64,000 bases of DNA, from positions 152,044-216,043 of IMG/VR virus record IMGVR_UViG_3300032236_001859; one strand, 5' to 3'. The notes beneath the pieces are model-generated. The model was not told the origin of the DNA. It saw nothing but the letters and a program-made list of their open reading frames with translations, and did not search any database. Shown here piece after piece: positions 35,956 through 45,154 of this stretch. The first letter of the stretch is position 1. Each line of letters starts with the position of its first letter. Both the position numbers and the translations under genes were made by a program.

Positions 35956-37455
35956 CTAGAATTGTTTCATGCGTGGATTCCTGGCGTGGCAAGCCTTGCA
36001 CACCAGCGGCAACCCTTGGAGGCCGATGGCATCGTAGCCCCCTCTGGCAACCCTCGTCTTATTCACTCGCCAATTCGACAGGATGTCTGCCGGGGTATCC
36101 CTAAGGACATTCCCGGCCTGTATGGTGTTCTTGAAGTCCGCACAGCAATGAATCACGGTGCCATCGTTTCGGACGATTAACTCGTGGTCCTGCCGATGAC
36201 AGATCCCGAAGTCACCTGGACCCACGTTATCGGGGAGATCCTTGTGCTCGCGCCTGAGATCCAACCCAGACTCCCGGATCACGATGTGCGAATAGGTTTT
36301 CCTTAACTCCCGTGCCGCAGCGGCGTCCTCATGTGAGTACGCGCTCCAAACGACCTCATCGAAGTCGGCTAGATAACTTGCCTTCTCTGGATCCCTGGGT
36401 ATCAGCTTACCATTGGTCCACAAGTTGAACTTAACTGGTAGCATGCGTTGCTTAATTTTACCAATGGTCTCCAGTACCTTGTCTAATTCTAACAGGGGTT
36501 CGTTATAGAAGTGAAAGGCGATGTGCCCCCGGAACCCCTGGGTGACCATGTAGGCAGCGAACTCCACAATGCTCTCAGGGGTCAACGCAGTGGCCTGGGG
36601 GTCACGTGGGATCTCATTGATGGGACACCGGGAATGAACCCCTGCGAGATTGCAAGTAGTCCCGACCTCAAAGCACAGGTATCTGATCTCCGCGGGGCTC
36701 CAGAGCTGCCAGCGCCGCCCATTGATCGGTGGCTCGATGACCACTGGTGGCGGAACAGGAAGGAGGTCAACACGGGGGTCATGTTTGATCAAGGGTTCCT
36801 GGGGATGCCACCACATGACCTCTGACCACGTACGCCCAATCGTGGATCTCAGGGTCCCCTGCGCCGCGATGTGCTTGCGGACCCCATAGAACCTATGGGT
36901 ACGGTGGAATCCCCTGAGAACTTGATCTGGACTCCTCGCATTCCGCGTCATCTCGATGTAGATCTCAGCCAACTTGGACACCTTGTAGAGGATGCAATGC
37001 GTTCTCACGGCACCACGGACCACGACGAGGTCGTCAGTGAGCGCTGCAGGTGGTACCTGGTGCTCACCACCACAGTAGAGCCCATAGGCGTCTGAGGGAA
37101 CCCTGGGGAGTACATCTGACAGTACGGTGAGGAAATCCGGGGAGAACACACAGTCATCCTCAATGAGCAGCGCCCACTTGGCATCAGACATCATCATGGA
37201 CTCATACGCCATGAGGTGGCTGACATAGCACCCGAAGTCCCCTGGGCGATTGAACCATTCAGGCGGCAACTTCGGCCGCATCAAGGATTGGTCAAAACCG
37301 TAGAAGGGGGGAAGCCAGTCAGATGGGATGACTGCCTTGTCGGCTTCACGACGGAAAACCTCGAGCCGATCTGGGGTACGCCGCAGCGTCAGGACGCCTC
37401 GCCAACCCACCGCTTGTGTCAAGTAATCCAGGGAACGCTCTGGTGCAGACATCAC
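35956..37455 (-). CDS. GT25-like glycosyltransferase fused to radical-SAM/SPASM-like domain
   Basis: FGCYVSHL and LIEDD (GT25); CNLAGVHSRCP, FYNEPLL, LWTNG (radical-SAM-like); C..LIVRNDG.VIHCC..GNV...CKAC (SPASM). Confidence 0.75.
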   Translation of the reverse strand: MMSAPERSLDYLTQAVGWRGVLTLRRTPDRLEVFRREADKAVIPSDWLPPFYGFDQSLMRPKLPPEWFNRPGDFGCYVSHLMAYESMMMSDAKWALLIEDDCVFSPDFLTVLSDVLPRVPSDAYGLYCGGEHQVPPAALTDDLVVVRGAVRTHCILYKVSKLAEIYIEMTRNARSPDQVLRGFHRTHRFYGVRKHIAAQGTLRSTIGRTWSEVMWWHPQEPLIKHDPRVDLLPVPPPVVIEPPINGRRWQLWSPAEIRYLCFEVGTTCNLAGVHSRCPINEIPRDPQATALTPESIVEFAAYMVTQGFRGHIAFHFYNEPLLELDKVLETIGKIKQRMLPVKFNLWTNGKLIPRDPEKASYLADFDEVVWSAYSHEDAAAARELRKTYSHIVIRESGLDLRREHKDLPDNVGPGDFGICHRQDHELIVRNDGTVIHCCADFKNTIQAGNVLRDTPADILSNWRVNKTRVARGGYDAIGLQGLPLVCKACHARNPRMKQF

Positions 37456-37459
37456 GGGG

Positions 37460-39889
37460 TTACCTCGTCATGAAAGTGTAGGGGCCGACACCATCCCGGA
37501 AGTCCCAGGCCGAGCCGACCAGTGTCATCGTTGGCGGTGTCTTGGGGTCTCCTGCCTCGCGAGCCTTCGCCGCGGGATCAAAGTACCACCAGGGGAGTTC
37601 GACGAAATCTTTGGCGCGGATGTTTCCTGAGAGCACGGAGTCCAGGGCTAGATCAACGGTCTCCTTGGCTTTGATCCTGGCCTTGCAGGAGTCAGCCCAG
37701 GCCTCGATGGTAACTGAGCCATAGGCTGCACCGACAACCCTGGATCGAACCTTACCATCGAAGTCCTTGAATCCAAAGGCACCAGCACCAATGGCGCAGA
37801 GTGCACTGGGGTCACGTATGACTTCGACGTCGGCATCGATGCAGAGGCCCCCGACGCCCATGCGGAGTGCTGCTGGCTTCGCGATCTCGTTGAGGACATC
37901 GTGTGGCAACTCGGCGACAGTGACGCCTAGATCGTCTTCATAAAAACTGGTGACCATCGTGGCGGTCTCCGGGGTGTCCTGCCACAGGTTGACATCCCAG
38001 CCCAGGGACTCCAGCAACTCGATGTTCTTGGCAACCGTGGCGGCGACTTCACCCTCGATCTTGGTGCCGATGGCCATGATGTGGATAATCTTGGGGATCG
38101 TGGCCTCATCTGCAGTCGGGGGATCCAGGGGCTCTAAATCGAAGCCCTCGAGATCGGAGAACCCCCCGGCCTGTTTGAGCAGCCTGAGGTACAAGCGTTC
38201 CTGTGGGGTATAGGTGCCCGTGGCGGGTTCCCCCCAGTACCGAATACGCTTGGGTTCAATCTTGGGTGCGATGTGGGTGTCGATGCCTGTGGTCACAATG
38301 GTATCAGCCCAAGTGCGAGCCCATCGAATGGCCTCGGCTCCAGTGGATAGCCCCCAGGTCTCGTGGACCACCGGGGGTTGCAGGCGACGCTTGGCGTAGG
38401 CGGGATCCCAGACATCTGGCTTGTTCGCACTGATGTGGCGCAGCCGTGAGAGCACCTCGGCGTAGCGGGCACCCTGCGCGGGGTTCTCGAGCACCCTGGG
38501 TTGGATGAGGACGACTCTCCAGGGCTTCAGCATGGCCAGACCGATCTCGAGGTCTTCCAGGGCGCGGGGATGCTGAGGGTTCAGTACCCAGTAGTCGGTG
38601 CGGTCCCCGACGGGGTAGCCATCGAGGCGTGGGAAGTTGATTCGGATGACGACGTCATCGGATCGCATGCCGTCATCCCGCCAGCCCTCACCTGCATTGG
38701 CAGTGGATCCATTGCCAACAATGAATGCACGTCGGCTACCATCATGCTTGTCGGTGTCTATCTTGAGGGGGCGTGTGGTCGCCGGGATATTCCAGGCCCC
38801 ATTACGAGGCGGGATCCCCGCGGCGGCCAGCGCTTTGTCCTCGAGTTCGACGAGGCGTTCAGTGGACTTCCCAGCGGGGGCGACTGCGAGCTCAGCGGTA
38901 TAGGCGTCCCAGGCCGCCTTGACCTCGGCGATACCGAGACCAGCGGAGTAGCCCCAGGCGAGATCCCGCAAAGAATCTGTTAGTATAGGGGGTGCTATTC
39001 GAGGTTGTGTGGGCTTCGCGGGCTCCTTGAAGTGGCCATCATAGAGCCCAGCCGAGGACTCCCTGGGGTTCACCTTGGAGTCATTGGTGGCCTGGGCCCG
39101 GGCATCGATGAAGGACTTATAGGGGAACGCGGTGAGCCCAGAGATCTGGGTGGTATTGAATACCTCGAATCCATGGTGAAGGAACTCGACCTGGAGCTGG
39201 GTGAACAATCCATTGAGGTACTCGAAGAGTGTGTTGTTCTTGTCGGCGACTGTGGCATCGACGACCTGATCATGGTTGTACGCCTTCTTGGGATCCATCT
39301 TGAAGTCAGCACCGATGAGGTAGACCCTCTTGAACCCCAGGATGTAGAGGATCCGCATCGCGGCGACCATGGTGCTCCGACCACCCCTGCGGTGATCATC
39401 GCCTTCCTGGCCCCAGTTGATGGTATCCTCATGTAACCAGGTCTTGGCATCAAACTTGTCATTGCGCCGGATGAACCAGGTGTTCGGGCAATCCTTGGGG
39501 GTCCGCACGGGGTGGTCCCGTAACGGCATGTCCTGATAGGCCAGAGGATAGAACTTCTGGATACCGGGATCCAGCCAGATCGAGTTCAGGAAGCGATGGG
39601 GTTCATCGAGGCCACACCAGAGCTGGGGACGCCAGCCCTGGGCAGCATTGTTGACCGCCATCGTGATGATCCCAGGCGTCGTTGAGAGCGCTTTGAGATC
39701 AATGGCACCTGCGCTGGGGCCGCCACAGACCAAGAATGCAGTGGCGCCAGCGTAGGCGTGTCCCAACCAGGCGTTCTCCATCTGTGATGTAAAGAACACG
39801 GCGGGCTGGGAACGCAGGATGCGCCCAGCCCGGGCTTCAGTTGCCGTGATGATGTTGAAGGCATCGTGACGCCCGGGGTGGGTGGTCAT
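37460..39889 (-). CDS. Triple-domain glycosyltransferase: DUF115/Maf-like + GT29 sialyltransferase-like + GT32 (DxD)
   Basis: FLVCGGPS..TMAVNNA..LGFKRVYLIGAD; AFIVGNG..DVVIRIN...VGDRTD (sialylmotif L-like) and LSTG..TTGID (sialylmotif S-like); IPKIIH..GGLCIDADV. Confidence 0.75.
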   Translation of the reverse strand: MTTHPGRHDAFNIITATEARAGRILRSQPAVFFTSQMENAWLGHAYAGATAFLVCGGPSAGAIDLKALSTTPGIITMAVNNAAQGWRPQLWCGLDEPHRFLNSIWLDPGIQKFYPLAYQDMPLRDHPVRTPKDCPNTWFIRRNDKFDAKTWLHEDTINWGQEGDDHRRGGRSTMVAAMRILYILGFKRVYLIGADFKMDPKKAYNHDQVVDATVADKNNTLFEYLNGLFTQLQVEFLHHGFEVFNTTQISGLTAFPYKSFIDARAQATNDSKVNPRESSAGLYDGHFKEPAKPTQPRIAPPILTDSLRDLAWGYSAGLGIAEVKAAWDAYTAELAVAPAGKSTERLVELEDKALAAAGIPPRNGAWNIPATTRPLKIDTDKHDGSRRAFIVGNGSTANAGEGWRDDGMRSDDVVIRINFPRLDGYPVGDRTDYWVLNPQHPRALEDLEIGLAMLKPWRVVLIQPRVLENPAQGARYAEVLSRLRHISANKPDVWDPAYAKRRLQPPVVHETWGLSTGAEAIRWARTWADTIVTTGIDTHIAPKIEPKRIRYWGEPATGTYTPQERLYLRLLKQAGGFSDLEGFDLEPLDPPTADEATIPKIIHIMAIGTKIEGEVAATVAKNIELLESLGWDVNLWQDTPETATMVTSFYEDDLGVTVAELPHDVLNEIAKPAALRMGVGGLCIDADVEVIRDPSALCAIGAGAFGFKDFDGKVRSRVVGAAYGSVTIEAWADSCKARIKAKETVDLALDSVLSGNIRAKDFVELPWWYFDPAAKAREAGDPKTPPTMTLVGSAWDFRDGVGPYTFMTR

Positions 39890-39891
39890 GC

Positions 39892-40203
39892 TTAACTCCT
39901 GCGAGTCTTTTTCTTCTTGGCGTGCTCACGACGAGCCCGCGCCTTGATGATACCGCTGCGCTCCCTGAGGAGCTTGAGCTGACGGTTCTGCTCAGCGGTA
40001 CGTGCGGCGACAATGCGTTGCCGGCGCAGTGCCCTGGCCTTCTCCAGGGCTTCATCGCGGCTGCCGGGGTGATCCCCTGTGGCCTTCTCATAGGCCATGC
40101 GTTCCTCGGGGGTCAGGATCCCAGGTGTGGCCTCGGGCTTCTCAGGGGTACCGACCACAGATGCCGTCGCGGCATCAATGACTGCTTTGAGATCAGTGCT
40201 CAT
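39892..40203 (-). CDS. Small hypothetical protein with basic C-terminus
   Basis: 103 aa, ATGA coupling. Confidence 0.55.
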   Translation of the reverse strand: MSTDLKAVIDAATASVVGTPEKPEATPGILTPEERMAYEKATGDHPGSRDEALEKARALRRQRIVAARTAEQNRQLKLLRERSGIIKARARREHAKKKKTRRS

Positions 40204-40799
40204 GCCTTCCCTTTCTTCTTCGCCTTGGACTTGGACTTGGACTTCACAGTCTCGACGCTGGAGACTGTCTTGACCTTGGCCTTCAAGGTGCCGCCAGGTG
40301 TGGCCTTTTTCTTCAACACCTTTTTACCCAACTCGGCCTCGCGTGCCTGGAGAGCTGCGATCAACTGGCGTGGGGCAGCAAGAAAGTTGGGGTCATTTAG
40401 ACTCGTAAATGTGTACCCAGCCTCTTTCAGCTTCTCAGATGCAACACGGAATACACGGAAATCCCCCACAACCGCAACATCGATGTCACGTGACAGGCCA
40501 TCACCTGCCTTAACGGTGCGCCACGCTGAAGCCGGGAGAGTACGCGCGCGACGAATGATGGGGTCCCCTTCTTTCACCTCGGGTGCACCGCGTGTACCAA
40601 CTACCACCGGACCCTCACCAGGGATCAGGTACAGAAGGCGAGACTTGGCCTTCTGGAAGACATCCCCAAGACTGTTGGGTGCATTCATATGGGTGATCTC
40701 AAGATTGGCTATCCCCATGACGATGCTGAATAGAGCGTCGATCTCTTTCAGGCGCTCGAAGTTGGCATTGGGGTTGCAGGATTTGGAACATTTCGACAT
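40200..40799 (-). CDS. Hypothetical protein with Lys-rich tail
   Basis: Start re-called at MSKCSK after an AGGAG RBS. Confidence 0.6.
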   Translation of the reverse strand: MSKCSKSCNPNANFERLKEIDALFSIVMGIANLEITHMNAPNSLGDVFQKAKSRLLYLIPGEGPVVVGTRGAPEVKEGDPIIRRARTLPASAWRTVKAGDGLSRDIDVAVVGDFRVFRVASEKLKEAGYTFTSLNDPNFLAAPRQLIAALQAREAELGKKVLKKKATPGGTLKAKVKTVSSVETVKSKSKSKAKKKGKA

Positions 40800-40867
40800 A
40801 TAGTCTCCTCTGGGCGTTAGCCCATGTGGGTGGGTTGACTCACAGTAAACCATGACTCTCAGCGGTG

Positions 40868-41131
40868 TCAAGTCGGATGGGTGTCTGGGATGTCAGCGAT
40901 GGAGGCCTGAGTCCGCGTGATACCGCCAGTGGCCACAACAAACAAGTTCTGGACATATTCAGTGGATGCGCGCTCCTTGAACTCCTGTGGGGTGATCCCT
41001 GAGGTCAACGCGATCTGCAAGATGGTGCTTCGCAATGCAGCGGCGGCCTGAAGCAGCTCAGTCGAGTTGTTGATCACGTTCTGAATCTCTACGGGGAGCT
41101 TGGGTGCCGCGGGTAGTGGTGTGTAATCCAT
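40868..41131 (-). CDS. Small hypothetical protein
   Basis: Start re-called at MDYTPL after an AAGGA RBS. Confidence 0.5.
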   Translation of the reverse strand: MDYTPLPAAPKLPVEIQNVINNSTELLQAAAALRSTILQIALTSGITPQEFKERASTEYVQNLFVVATGGITRTQASIADIPDTHPT

Positions 41132-41141
41132 GGTGGTATCC

Positions 41142-42881
41142 TTAATCGATGGGTTTGAGGTTGAAGCGCTGGAGGACACCCCCAATGCTTGTGGTACGTG
41201 GAACTCTAAGAGCCCAGTACCCGGCGAGAAGGCGCTCCCTGTACCGCAGGGGCTGCACGGCGAGTGGGCACCGCCCCAAGGCCACCACGGGCACCCCAAT
41301 CATGGCGGCTTCGACAAGGGAGGTCGAATTGATGCCGACGACGACTTCACTGATACGCGCGGCTTCATAGAAGTCTTTGATGGTGTCGCGGTTCTCGATG
41401 GTGGCCCGTGCGGACTTCCAGGGTCTCTGGGATCCCGACTTGGGGTGGGGGCGGACCACGATGTCATGGCTGGGATACATCGCGGAGACATGTTCAATAA
41501 ACTCGCCCATGTTGCGGTAAGGGCAATGATACAAGATCTGGGAGTCGTTCTCGATCTGGAGGGGTACGAGGACGCGTCCCTTCTTGGGTTCCAGAGGATA
41601 CTTGGTACGGAGTTCGACAACACCCTCACGGTACGCCTTGAGGTCGGCGTCACCAACCCAGCCCAGTGGTCGCATCAGCATGGAGTCCCCAGCGAAGCCA
41701 TCGAGGTCAACGAGGAATGTTGTCGCCTGGGGGGCCACACCCCACTCGAAGAAGGCATAGGGGATCTTCATGGCCTCACAGAGCGCCTTGGCGTTGCGAC
41801 CATTGTGCTGGGCCCCATTCCAGATGACCACAAACGAGGCCCGCTTGAGATCACCGGCGACCTTGAAGAACTCGGTGTCGATGCCGATGAAGGCGTAGGG
41901 GCGCCCCAGGGACTCCGCCCAGCGCTTCACGAAGCCCTGACACTCACTCCCATTCCACCCGATATAAACAATGGCGCCGTCGTCGGCACGCCTGCCGGGG
42001 GCCTCCTCGGGCTCACAGTCGCCCTGGGGGACCTCGTGGAGGGTTTCCTTGCCCGGCCAGGGATCCATGGGGGCCAAGACGGCATCGGAGGCGCGGACCT
42101 CGTAGCCCAGGGTGGCCCGGGCATACGCCGAGGTGAGTTCGCGCGCAATCCGCTCAGTCCACTTCGAGGCATCGACATCAGCCTGAGTATCCCGGGCATG
42201 GAGAACGGCGATCCCGGCGTGGTGGAGGTAGAACCGCTGCGGTGCCATCCATGGACTCAGGGGTTCCTCGGTGATCCCCGTGGTCTGCCTGCCGAGTTCC
42301 CTGTTGAGATGATTGACCTGGAAGGGGAACTCGGCGAGAACACGCTGGGCAAAGATGACATCATGGTTGCGCATGACGCCCTGGGGATACGTGATATTGG
42401 CATCGACGATGGGGGCCCTGCGGAAGAATGCGGCGTTATACCTGAGAGGAAACTTGCCCTCTAGGGATTGCCGGGTTACCGTGTAGTCACCCCAGGACAC
42501 CGCGTTGCGAGCCACGGCTTCATTAGCCTTGAGTTCATGAGTCCACAGCACGATGTCGGGGTTCTTCTCGGCCTCCTGTTCGAGGACGGCGACACGGACT
42601 TCTTCGGAGAAATCCCTGTCACCGTGCACCAAGATGAAGTCAGCACTTGAGCGTGCGATGAGGAAGTTGAGGGCGGCGCCGGCACCAATACGGTGAGAAC
42701 TCGTGAAGACTTCAATTCGGGAGTCGATCCCGCGCTCCTCCTCGATGAGCTCAGTGGTCTGCGCTGTGGCGGCATCACTGAACACCAAGACGCGGTTGAC
42801 CCCGCGAATCTTGAGTATGTTCTGGAGAGTGGCCTCGATGTGGGGGTTGTCATGTGTAACCAAGACGATGTCAGTGGTCAT
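41142..42881 (-). CDS. GT2-like domain fused to KpsS/KpsC-like (capsule synthesis) domain
   Basis: IVLVTHD..VLVFSDAAT..GAGAALNFLI..ADFILVHGD (GT2 fold); LVPLQIENDSQI, VVRPHP, INSTSLVEAAMIGVPVVALG (KpsS-like). Confidence 0.75.
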   Translation of the reverse strand: MTTDIVLVTHDNPHIEATLQNILKIRGVNRVLVFSDAATAQTTELIEEERGIDSRIEVFTSSHRIGAGAALNFLIARSSADFILVHGDRDFSEEVRVAVLEQEAEKNPDIVLWTHELKANEAVARNAVSWGDYTVTRQSLEGKFPLRYNAAFFRRAPIVDANITYPQGVMRNHDVIFAQRVLAEFPFQVNHLNRELGRQTTGITEEPLSPWMAPQRFYLHHAGIAVLHARDTQADVDASKWTERIARELTSAYARATLGYEVRASDAVLAPMDPWPGKETLHEVPQGDCEPEEAPGRRADDGAIVYIGWNGSECQGFVKRWAESLGRPYAFIGIDTEFFKVAGDLKRASFVVIWNGAQHNGRNAKALCEAMKIPYAFFEWGVAPQATTFLVDLDGFAGDSMLMRPLGWVGDADLKAYREGVVELRTKYPLEPKKGRVLVPLQIENDSQILYHCPYRNMGEFIEHVSAMYPSHDIVVRPHPKSGSQRPWKSARATIENRDTIKDFYEAARISEVVVGINSTSLVEAAMIGVPVVALGRCPLAVQPLRYRERLLAGYWALRVPRTTSIGGVLQRFNLKPID

Positions 42882-43723
42882 ACCAGACCTCCGACGCCGT
42901 AGTCGACCACAGCAAAGTTGATCTCTCCTCGTGGCGCCGTGGTATCGATGCCGACACCGTGCCAGATCTCAGTGGTGACCTCGAAGGTGCCCTTGTCACC
43001 CAAGGTGATCCGTGGCCACACCGCATCAGCGATGACGACGTGGTGGCCACAGGAGGCCCCACGAAGAATGCAGGTCTTATGTGGCAACGCGGAGGCCTTG
43101 GGAGCCCCGACGACAACCCTGACGCCGGCTTCACGTGCCAGTAAAGGATTCGCGGACAGCCGGGCCTTCACGGCAGCGCTGATCATCCAGGCCTCGGGGT
43201 ACACGATGAGATCACATGCCGACTTCATCACCGAGGTGACTTGCTCACCAGGCTTACTCGCATCGAGGAGCGTGGCGCGGGAGATCACGGATTCGAGGAC
43301 CCCGAGCACCCTGGTGTCCACTGCGAAGGCCAGGGGGGTCAAGCACTCCCGGGTGTACCAGTCCCAGAACGATTCCCCCGTTTTCAGGAGATCAGCGATC
43401 GATGACTTCGCGGTCACCGGGGTACGCAGGATCGCAAACTTTACATCTCCCTTTACACCTGGCTCGACAACATTGGCGACCAAGACATCCTTGGGGTTCG
43501 CACTGAAGTGGGCCCTAGCAGCGTCGACATTGGCTGCGGGGGCCTCGAGGGCGACCCCGAAGACCTCGGCGAGGCTGCGACGACTCGGCGGCCACCACTT
43601 CATCGTGGTCGCCACGTTCTCCAACCACTCCAGGGTCCACACCCCAAGGATGGCATTGAAGGCCACGGGATCCGAGTTCACGGAGTCGAGAAGACCAGCG
43701 GGGGCACCAGTGAATGGGGTCAT
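42878..43723 (-). CDS. Divergent HK97-fold major-capsid-like protein (putative)
   Basis: Spine-helix-like VTAKSSIADLLKTGESFWDWYTRECLTPLAFAVDTRVLGVL and C-terminal EIWHGVGI...PRG resemble large-phage major capsid proteins from memory. Confidence 0.5.
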   Translation of the reverse strand: MTPFTGAPAGLLDSVNSDPVAFNAILGVWTLEWLENVATTMKWWPPSRRSLAEVFGVALEAPAANVDAARAHFSANPKDVLVANVVEPGVKGDVKFAILRTPVTAKSSIADLLKTGESFWDWYTRECLTPLAFAVDTRVLGVLESVISRATLLDASKPGEQVTSVMKSACDLIVYPEAWMISAAVKARLSANPLLAREAGVRVVVGAPKASALPHKTCILRGASCGHHVVIADAVWPRITLGDKGTFEVTTEIWHGVGIDTTAPRGEINFAVVDYGVGGLV

Positions 43724-45087
43724 GCGTTCCTCGTCAAACGGAGGCCATGGAAGACGTCAGCGAAATCGATGACGCAGGTGTAACTCAGGGTGACCTCGAG
43801 GATCCCAGACTTCGCCAGCTTGGTCTTCTCAGCCTTGGCAGCCTTGAGTTCTTTTTCCTCGGCGCATGCCTTGAGCACGGCTTCATCGAGTTCCCGTGCC
43901 TTGGCGTCATGTGCCCTGGTGACCTCCTCGGCGAACTCGGGGAGCACGGGTTCCCGTGGGGCCTTCAGGTAATCCTCGAGGGCCTGCTTGGCTGCAGCCA
44001 CAGCTATCACTGCGGTGCCATGTGCCCTCGCGGCTTCATCGGCGGCAATCCTGCCGATGTCCTTGAGACGGATGCCATAGGCCCAATGGTCTTCCTTGAA
44101 GACGCCCCCAGGCTTCTTGAACACTGCGATACCATGCGGAAGTGGCGTAGGATCCTCAACGGCGACCTGGGCTGCCTTCAGGGATTCAATGATCTCCCCG
44201 TTGGCGAGCCCAATGGCCGCGTACATCTTGGAGTCAATGAGCACGGATTCATTGTCTTGAGTCATCGCGACGAGGACGTCATCTGCTGGCTTCACGGCAT
44301 CCTTGAAGGCAATGTGGCCATCCAATGCGATGTCGAGGTAATCCGCTATACCCCTGCAGAGATGGGTAGCAAACCAGTGCCGGAATGTGACACCTTGCTC
44401 CGCGATCTCGCCGAGGTCGACGACAGCCTTGACCACGAAGATCTTAGCGTTGCCTGATGTTTCAGCGATGCCCTCGTGACCATCAATAAAATCGTGTCGT
44501 AACTTAGAAAGTTCTGTAAGAATCTCCTCTTGGATCTCTGGTTTCCAGATACGTTGGAGGCAGGAGTTCTCAAGCATCCACCATGCCGCGAACTCTCTGC
44601 AGGTCTTGAACCCCATGAGGGCGTCTTCGAGAACACTGGCGTAGAATGCAGCATTGAGCTCCCGTGCCCTCTCGGGGCCAGGACTCGCGAGTTCTACTGG
44701 GGGCACATATCGTGGGGGCGCCGAGAGCGAGTCGATGTGGGCACCAATAGCCTTCCAATCCGGTTTGGCCACGATGCCATCGAGCTCGGGATCCTTGACG
44801 TAATCCACTGTGTTAAAGGAGATATGACCATTCGCATTCCGCTTTATCAGGATCTTGCCTGCACTGGCGCGTGCCGCTGCAATGGCCTGCCTGAGTTCCA
44901 TGGTCATCGGGAGACCATCGGGTAGCGAGGCGGGGTCAACGATCTGACCTTTATCGATGACGTGGAGCCCTTTGGCCGCGATATGATTCTGCCGCCACTG
45001 CCCCAGGATCTCATTCCGTTTGTGAGCAAACGAGGACCCTAAATTGATCTCGAATCCGCCTGAGACCATGTCGCCTTCACGCAGCAT
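43720..45087 (-). CDS. Hypothetical protein, paralog of the downstream capsid-like gene
   Basis: Ungapped 37-aa similarity to 42878-43723; C-terminal coiled coil; promoter-like motif upstream. Confidence 0.55.
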   Translation of the reverse strand: MLREGDMVSGGFEINLGSSFAHKRNEILGQWRQNHIAAKGLHVIDKGQIVDPASLPDGLPMTMELRQAIAAARASAGKILIKRNANGHISFNTVDYVKDPELDGIVAKPDWKAIGAHIDSLSAPPRYVPPVELASPGPERARELNAAFYASVLEDALMGFKTCREFAAWWMLENSCLQRIWKPEIQEEILTELSKLRHDFIDGHEGIAETSGNAKIFVVKAVVDLGEIAEQGVTFRHWFATHLCRGIADYLDIALDGHIAFKDAVKPADDVLVAMTQDNESVLIDSKMYAAIGLANGEIIESLKAAQVAVEDPTPLPHGIAVFKKPGGVFKEDHWAYGIRLKDIGRIAADEAARAHGTAVIAVAAAKQALEDYLKAPREPVLPEFAEEVTRAHDAKARELDEAVLKACAEEKELKAAKAEKTKLAKSGILEVTLSYTCVIDFADVFHGLRLTRNA

Positions 45088-45114
45088 AAACGCTCCTGGT
45101 TGGGGTGTGCCCTT

Positions 45115-45142
45115 ACTGTGACCAGGGTTTACTGTGCGTCAA
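45115..45142 (-). promoter_or_regulatory. Promoter TTGACG-N16-CACAGT with internal GTAAAC
   Basis: Intergenic, upstream of the capsid-like paralog pair. Confidence 0.55.
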
Positions 45143-45154
45143 GTCTGCTGGGGG

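Noticed and set aside
41130-42464. 444-aa plus-strand ORF (also 29227-30216, 39922-40803, 42918-43772, 55333-56268)
   Set aside because: All lie opposite well-supported minus-strand genes and have shadow-like composition
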